The notes under the pieces are model-generated. The model did no database searches and had not been told where the DNA came from. It saw nothing but the letters and a program-made list of their open reading frames with translations. The position numbers and the translations under genes are program-made. From the NCBI GenBank assembly GCA_965113315.1, contig OZ220367.1: a stretch of DNA of 64,000 nucleotides; one strand, 5' to 3'. The stretch comes from Podarcis vaucheri (Eukaryota). Of this stretch, positions 56,628 to 64,000 are shown piece by piece (position 1 is the stretch's first letter; each line of letters begins with the position of its first letter).

Positions 56628-59600
56628 GTAAGACTAGTTAATTATGATTTTACTATTCTCCTCCTTAGTTCATTACAATTTTTTTTAATGTTCTTTCTTT
56701 GTTAATTGGTTTGATTTGGTGTATTTGTGCTGTTTCTGTTCTTCCCTAATTTCCCCATGTTTTCTGTACATATTTTTAGCAGTTGATCTGTTTTTCTCCC
56801 CCAGTTCAGTTTTTGTTACCTATGCAACATTAAGCTGTTGAACACAATTAACTGTTCACACAGCTTTGTTTCAATAGAATAGTTTGAATTTTTTCATTTT
56901 GCAGTGAAGGAATACAATTATCTGAACAGCACTTGAATAACCTTTTAATTGGTATATACCTAAGGAATTCTCTGCATTCTCTAGTTGTCCTGTGTTAACT
57001 TAAATAGTCCAGTTAATATCCAAAGCCTCAGTAGATTGTTTGAGGTTACAATGGCACAGAATGTAGTTACAGTTGTTCTGTTTAAAAAGATCTATGTTGA
57101 TGTAATCCTTGCTGACTTTGAAAAGATAATGTCCCTTCTCACAGTAAATAAAAAGTTACCGTGAGTGTGCACATTTTGGGCTTGTGGATTTCACTTGCAT
57201 TTTACTAGAACTTAGAGATCCACCAAGCAAAGTGAGGTGAAAAAAGCACAGACTAAAAGAATGCTGAGCCCAGAAATTTGCTTTGAGTACCAGAGAGGAA
57301 TGGAACTGTTTCAGGCAAAAATCCACTCTGTTACCACAAACTTTCTTCACCTCAGTAGTTGAAGAAGGAAGAGGGGAGATAATTTTATTGCTGCTATTGT
57401 TAAACAAGTTGAGAGTTGCAAATCCTTTCTGATCTGCAAACCACCAAGAGATCTACCAGTAGATTCAGATCTGCCTTCTGCCCACCCGCTAAAGGTTTGC
57501 TGAGATGGCTTCCAGCAAGGGGCCACTAGATTTTGCCTGCATGAAAAGTCAGCGTGGTTGATTTTTGTAATGAAAAGCTGTGTCAATGGGATAGCCATTT
57601 TGAACCACAACAAGTGGGTAGCATCCTAAGTGAAGTAAACAGAAATAACATTTTATGAAAAAGCTGTCTGCTGGCTTTGAAAGCTGATCCACTGCACAAA
57701 AGTGATTTATGTTAGGGAGACAGAGATGTTTCACATTACAAACCATGAGCAGTAGACACAAGAGATTGCTGATAGCCATGGTATTGTGTGAGTCTGCAAT
57801 TTTCAACAGAACCTATGTATGTTTTAGAATTAAAGAAATCTAGATATATGGAAAATGTTTTGCACTCAAACAGCTTTGGGATTAATTTACCATATTTACA
57901 CATATAGTGGACTGCTCCCGTATATCCCAACGTTGGTGGAGACGATTTCCAAGGAAATCTGACCTTGACTTCCATGGATCTTCTGTGGAATAAATGGTGC
58001 ATGAACACATGCATAGACTATTTTGCTGTGTACTGAGGCTCTAGTGTCAACCTATAGCAAAAGAAGAGTTGCTTGACGCAGGTATTTGTAAGGGAAAACA
58101 AATATATTCCCATATGCACTGCTGCCTGTATCAGGTAAAGATGGTGTAAGTGGCTGCTTCACTGTGAATACCAATTGCCAGTTTAGTAAATCTTACATTC
58201 AGTAAAATGGATAATACAAATCCATGAGTTTTACACATGGTGCCACACACATACTTGTGTAAGAAACAAGTCCATAGGTATATTTTTCGTAAGAAAACAA
58301 GTTCCATCCATTCTTCAATTGTTTGTCTAGGTTGAACAAATTATTTCAGAATTTAAGGTTCGAGCCCTCGAATGTCATCCTGACAAGCATCCTGGAAACC
58401 CTCAAGCTGGTATGTCTTTTTTCCTTTTCTCTCTCAAAATGAAACAGGTGACGTTACACAGAACAGTGGATTCAGGCTTTTGAGAGCCGTTGGCCAAACA
58501 CACCCTAGCCCTAACCCTGACAAAGGAGTGGGGCATAAATCAAAAATTCCAAAACATGCTCCCTTTCCTGCCTTCTTGTGAAAGGTGAGACTGGTAAGCC
58601 TGCTGTGGAAGTTCACCCTCAGGCTCTACAAATATCTGGGCCATAGCAAATGCCCAGCCTTGTCACTTGCTGGCACTGGCTACGAGAGAAGAAGGCACAA
58701 GTATCCTCAATTTCCTGCCTAATACTTTGCCCTATTTATATATATGCAGCACACTTTGTTTTATTTTTATTTGTGTGGCACACTTCCTTTTCAGCAGCAA
58801 GTTGAACTATATTGCCCTAATGCTTATACAAACATTGATTCTGGAGGAAAATCATAGCTACTCTATTCTTTAGTGCAGTTGTTTGGCAACGTAGGTTTAA
58901 TAGGGTGGCTTACAAAATCAAATGCTTCACTTCCCTTTTTTGAAACAAATCACAGCCCAGCTTTCTTTCTCCAAATGATCTACAGCTAAAGAAAACCATT
59001 AAGCAAACAGATGCGGCTTTATGAAGTTGCAACCCTGTTAACACGTGCACTTATGTTTTGAACAAGAAATAGTTATAAGAGACTATGCAAACTCAGGGTG
59101 TTTAATATTGTATAGATTTATTTGCATTTCAATAATTTCTTACACATTTAGGTTTTATCCAATGTTAATCCTACACATAGTGGACCCATTGAAGTTGTAG
59201 GTGTGACTCATTTAGATTCATTAATTCCAAGGGGTCTAAGCTCAGTAGGACTTAGTTGGATATAACCCTTTGTTTTAAATATTAAAATTATATTTGGCAG
59301 TGCATTGTTTCTGGACCTCTGCAGAGTAATAACTTGGGAATAACTAAAATGTGGAAAGGGGGTAATGGGATTCTGTTTGTGTTAAATGTGGTTAACCCCT
59401 TTCATGCCCACTGTTTATCCACACCAAATTGTCCCCAAGTGAAACATATTTTGAACCTCATGGAGGAAATGTTGCCAGAAGGGACATTTTGGAGTAAAAA
59501 TAAAGTAGAGTACCTGCCTTCCCACTTAATCACTCAAAATCTCTTTCCAAATAGATTTCCTAAAATGGTGTTGGGTCACTGCTAACACACATTTCCATGT

Positions 59601-62600
59601 AATATGTAGTTAAAAAAATCAGGGGCAAATGACAAAATTGTATATTATGCAAATAAGAATGAGGAGTAGTAGGTTTTCCACATACAAAAAAAATTAATGT
59701 TTATGGGTCTAGTGAATGTATATTTATTTTTCATATGATTTACGTCATGACTAGATGTTAAAATACTAACTGCCTTGTCCCTTTTATCTAAATTGCTTCC
59801 TGTAAAAGAATTATCAGCTTGCCAATCAGGGGTGGGGGAGAAACATAACTGGGAAACTAAACTGTATGACGTTTTGTTTGTGTTTGCCAGTCCCTGTTAG
59901 CATTTTAATTCAGTGCCTTTCAAAAGATCTATCTAGTATAGTAAACTGGCATAAATGAATATAATAATAACGATCATATAATAGAAAGGTGACTCATAGA
60001 TAAAATATAAATCTCCATAACCTTTACACAGATGGTTACTAAGGATGCGGACTTGTGTTTCTATTATAGTATGGAAACTTTTATATCCACTGGAAAAAAT
60101 GAGATCACCCTAATACGATCGGGAAGTTTTTGTTTTGTAGTAGACCTAATATGTGCATATCACTGCTCCCATGATGCTCTTGGAACTATTTGTTCTGTTT
60201 CACTTGTATATACCTGGTTGCCTTTGATGACTAATTCTTTTTTAGTCATCGTGATTGCATTTGAAATATTTAAAATCAAACTAAGGGTTCCTCCAGGTGA
60301 CCTATTTATTGGGTATTCATCCTGATTTGCTTGTGCAATGCTTTTGTGGAGGGTTAGACTATATTTATTGAGCATTTGTTCTGATTAGCTTTTGGGATGT
60401 TTGAACGCTTTCCTATAATCATTCCACACCTGTCAATATATGTCTCCTGTCACTTCCCAAACTGCAATAAGTCTGATTTTTTAAAAAAAGAATACAGTGG
60501 TGCCCCGCAAGACGAATGCCTCGCAAGACGAAAAACTCGCTAGACGAAAGCGTTTTTCGATTTTGCGTTGCTTCGCTAGACAAATTTCCCTATGGGCTTG
60601 CTTTGCAAGACGAAAACGTCTTGCGCTTTTTTCTTAAAGCCGCTTGAAGAGGCGCAGTTGCGACGGACCGTGCTTCGCAAGACGAAAAAAATCGCAAGAC
60701 GAAAAGACTTGCGGAACGAATTATTTTCGTCTTGCGAGGCACCACTGTAAGTGAATTTGTCATGCTAAGGAGACAGCGTGCTTTAATAATTTTTAACTGT
60801 ACAGTACAAACCTACATTTTTATAATGCACTTGAATCCCTTCCGCAAAATATTGACAGTGGATATATCTTTCACACTGGGTGATCTCCAACAAAGGATTA
60901 TTGTTATTATTATTGCAATTAATTTATTTATTGCCTTCTAAATCACTGACTGAAAGTCATTTACACATAAAATAATTAAAAGCAGAAAAAGCAACACATA
61001 CATTTCAGTAAAATTTTCATAAAACTTTCTTCTGTCTCTGATTTGTAGTAGAGAATTTTCAGAAGCTACAGCAAGCTAAAGAAATCCTCACCAATGAAGA
61101 GAGCCGATCTCGCTATGATTACTGGCGGAGAAGCAAGATTACCATCCCGTTCCAGCAGTGGGAGGCTCTGAGCAACTCAGTCAAAACTGTTAGTTTTGGT
61201 TTATGCATCTATAATTATTGGGGAATAGAAAGAAAGAGGCCATTCTGTGGGTGGGGAAGTTCTCTGCTAGCTAGCATTGTTCAGCAAGGGGAATGGGAAT
61301 CAGTGAGGATACCATTCATCCTTGATCAAGCATGTGTAGCTGTTTTACAACTCACAAATGCCACCAATTTGTTTGTTTTTTGTCTAGTCAATGCACTGGG
61401 CTGTCAGAGGCAAAAAAGAGCCAATGCTGGAAGCTCCCGATTTAAATCTTAATGATAAGATGGCTGACAATTTCCCCCAGAAATCTGAAAACAACAATCA
61501 TGAACTGTTGGATGACCAAAAGGGGCTAGAAGACTTTGACCCCACTACTGGGAAGCTGCTGTCACCAAAGAGCCCTGATTCCCCAGGTAAATAGTTTGCG
61601 GTACCGGTGCTAGACACAGAAAAAAATCCAGATAATTGGGGCTGGCACCAGATAAGTGAAATATGCAGCCTTCTTTTATTCTCAGGAGTGGGGTTTGTCC
61701 TCATGTGGGTTTGCATGAATATCAGGTATACTTCTTGGTGTACCTGACCCCTTCAAGCTGCATGGCACCTGTGCACAGCTCATTTGAATCTCCTACATAG
61801 CACACCCAAGAAATTGTAGGGTGTTCAGATGGTGTAGTCCATATAGGGCATCATGCTGCACATGTCTTTCTGAGTGCTGCGCTTCATACCTCTCATGTTT
61901 CAGCTGGGACTAGTTCACATGTGCATGAGTGTCCCTTGAAGACTGCAGGATCCAGTGCTAACGTCGTGTGTGAGTGTGAGATTGCAGGTCAAACATCACA
62001 GATGGAGCTTCCCTGTCATCTCAAACACAGTGTAGCAGGCCACACATTCAGGTGGAATTTTCAGATGATTTTGAAGAAGAGCAGAATAGCTTTTGTTAAC
62101 AGTACAGTAACAAATGCTGAGAAATCAAGTGATGTGCATGCGTGGATGAACTAGGTGGCAGAATAGGAAGGGCAGGAAACTTCCTCAAACATTTATCTCT
62201 GAAGGACAGCTGGTGAGAGAGATAAAGTACCATAAAGATTGGGGATACTAATCCTAGGGAGAGTGGGAGCCAGTGCTGCTGATTTACTGGCCCAAAATAT
62301 ATGTATGGACAAAGAAACCCAACAATTTGGCAAGCGTCGCTCCTTAAACCTCAAAGTGGCTTTACTATGCAGGTTCTCTTTGGGATACATTGTGATGCTG
62401 GTTTCTTATTATTGTGTGTGCGCGCATGGTACTGAGCCAACCCAGGACTAGGTTTAGTTGTGTGCACAGCTTGAATGCACCCCCCTCCACCAAGTTACCT
62501 AAGCTTCATCTGTAGTTTTTGGCCTTTCCTAAATGAATGGATAAGCAAGGAGTTGGTGGTTTTTGTATTAAAGGAGTTTTACTTTATAAACCCAAAGTAC

Positions 62601-62762
62601 CATTTCCTCTCTACTAGCTGATTCTTCTCTCTCTGTCTCTCTCTCAATTTTCCCCACCCCCTTACAGGATTTTCCGATCCAAACTGTTGGCATTTGCGCT
62701 TTCGCTGGTCTGGTGACACCCCATCTGAACTCTTGCGGAAGTTTAGAAACTATGAAATATGA
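56550..62762 (+). CDS. DNAJC12: DnaJ homolog subfamily C member 12, whole coding span, 5 exons, 196 aa
   Basis: 78+79+140+199+95=591 nt; J-domain with HPD motif (ECHPDKHP), SMHWAVR, C-terminal LRFRWS...KFRNYEI*; neighbour of SIRT1 as in other vertebrates. Confidence 0.96.
58331..58409 (+). CDS. DNAJC12: DNAJC12 coding exon 2
   Basis: VEQIISEFKVRALECHPDKHPGNPQA|gtatgt. Confidence 0.95.
60495..60747. mobile_element. MITE family A, short form
   Basis: TA|CAGTGGTGCCCCGCAAGACGAA ... TTCGTCTTGCGAGGCACCACTG|TA. Confidence 0.88.
61049..61188 (+). CDS. DNAJC12: DNAJC12 coding exon 3
   Basis: VENFQKLQQAKEILTNEESRSRYDYWRRS...SVKT|gttagt. Confidence 0.94.
61388..61586 (+). CDS. DNAJC12: DNAJC12 coding exon 4
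   Basis: SMHWAVRGKKEPMLE...KSPDSP|gtaaat. Confidence 0.94.
62668..62762 (+). CDS. DNAJC12: DNAJC12 coding exon 5
   Basis: GFSDPNCWHLRFRWSGDTPSELLRKFRNYEI-TGA. Confidence 0.95.
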
Positions 62763-63430
62763 AGCAGAAGACCAAATACCATGCAGAAGACCAAATATAT
62801 GTTGAACACAGTGTTCACCATTTCAGTATTTTGCATATGTTCATAAAGAAGTGTCTTTGAATATTATTTAACTAGGTAGTTTTGTACTATTGATGCCACA
62901 ATTTCCCATGCAAAATACCATGTATAGTTGCTTGGTTTTTTGTTTTTTTTAAAAATGTTGGCAGGTACTTTCCTTTTATTCATTATTAGCATAAGTAATA
63001 TGTGAATACAGTTAACCAGTTTTTCCAACATTCAAACTTAATGTATATGTGAGCTGTTTCCTATCATTTTTGAACAGCTGGGAAAAGCACATGTTGCTCA
63101 ACATCCTTGATCCCTTATATCTTTCTGCCCTATTTTCCTGCTATCTTCCTTCAAACAGCCTTTAGCCCTTTAACTTTACCACACTCAGCCAGCCAAAGGT
63201 ATCCTGTATTCTTCCTATTTTCTCTTGCCACCAGCTGTTGATACCTGGTTCCCTCTCTCTCCCAATTAACTTTCTCATGCTACCACTCAGTATCATTTCA
63301 AAACCCACCTTTCCTGGAATATAACCCTTTGAGTCTTTATCCCCCACATAAAAAACAGCATCTACTCATATTTAGTTCTTGTTGTCCTATCGTCTGAGGG
63401 ACAAACTACATGTTAATTTGGATAGCCTAA

Positions 63431-63590
63431 CATAGAATAATAGAATTGTAGAGTTGCAAGGGAGCTCAAGGGTCATCTAGTCCAATCCCCTGCAATGCAG
63501 GAATCTTTATGCCCAGTGTGGGCATAAATCTTCTTGCTCGAACCCACAATCCTGAGATTAAGAGTCTCATACTCTACTGACGGAGCTATC
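63431..63590 (-). mobile_element. tRNA-Lys(CTT)-headed SINE with CR1-type tail
   Basis: Reverse strand GATAGCTCCGTCAGTAGAGTATGAGACTCTTAATCTCAGG...ttcctgcattgcag...ctacaattctattattctatg. Confidence 0.8.
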
Positions 63591-63903
63591 TTTAAATTTT
63601 TCTCCAATGTAACACATATTTTCCTTTCCCTCATTTGCTTCCTCATTGCCAAAATTTAGAACGGAAGTTTGTTGTAGCTGTTATCTGCCTCTTTCTTTCT
63701 TTCTTTCTTTCTTTGCTTGTAATACTCTGTAAACATCATGTACAGTACATTGATGGCACTACAGTATATAAAAAAATAATATTTACTATAACATAATTGT
63801 AACTCATAGTTAACAGTTGAAGACTGATCTGTCTTATATGCAGCTCTATGTTATTTCTCAGATGTTTTGTTCTTGCTCTTCCATGGACTCACATGTAGTA
63901 TAG

Positions 63904-64000
63904 CAGGCATCCCCAAACTTGGACCTCCAGATGTTTTGGGACTACAGCTCCCTAGCTAACAGGACCAGTTGTCAGGGATGATGGGAATTGTAGTCCCAAA
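63904..64000. mobile_element. hAT-type MITE (same family as 21519), cut by window end
   Basis: caggcatccccaaacttggacctccagatgttttgggactaca...cagggatgatgggaattgtagtcc. Confidence 0.75.

Noticed and set aside
62764-62797. Direct repeat gcagaagaccaaata just after the DNAJC12 stop
   Set aside because: Simple 19-nt tandem duplication in the 3' UTR with no evidence of function.

Overview
Vertebrate (squamate reptile, probably a lizard: Sauria SINEs, Bov-B LINE fragment, lizard-type MITEs) genomic DNA carrying the HERC4 - SIRT1 - DNAJC12 synteny block. I reconstructed by hand, with GT-AG junctions and consistent phases: HERC4 (+, 24 coding exons, 2129-27699, 1060 aa including a 24-nt micro-exon), SIRT1 (-, 9 exons, 39884-51897, 784 aa) and DNAJC12 (+, 5 coding exons, 56550-62762, 196 aa). 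The main surprise is a fourth, intact, intron-containing gene that the ORF track does not reveal, lying between the HERC4 and SIRT1 3' ends: a 4-exon cytochrome c oxidase subunit 5B paralog (-, 30375-35365, 123 aa) with its own CpG island, mitochondrial presequence, all four Zn cysteines, a poly(A) signal, ERR-type elements and a cluster of three CACGTG (E-box/HRE) motifs in intron 1. As far as I recall there is no such gene at this position in human. The rest is introns with many SINEs, TA- and 8-bp-TSD MITEs (several nested), LINE fragments and microsatellites. No CRISPR arrays, rRNA or genuine tRNA genes were seen. All coordinates were counted by hand.
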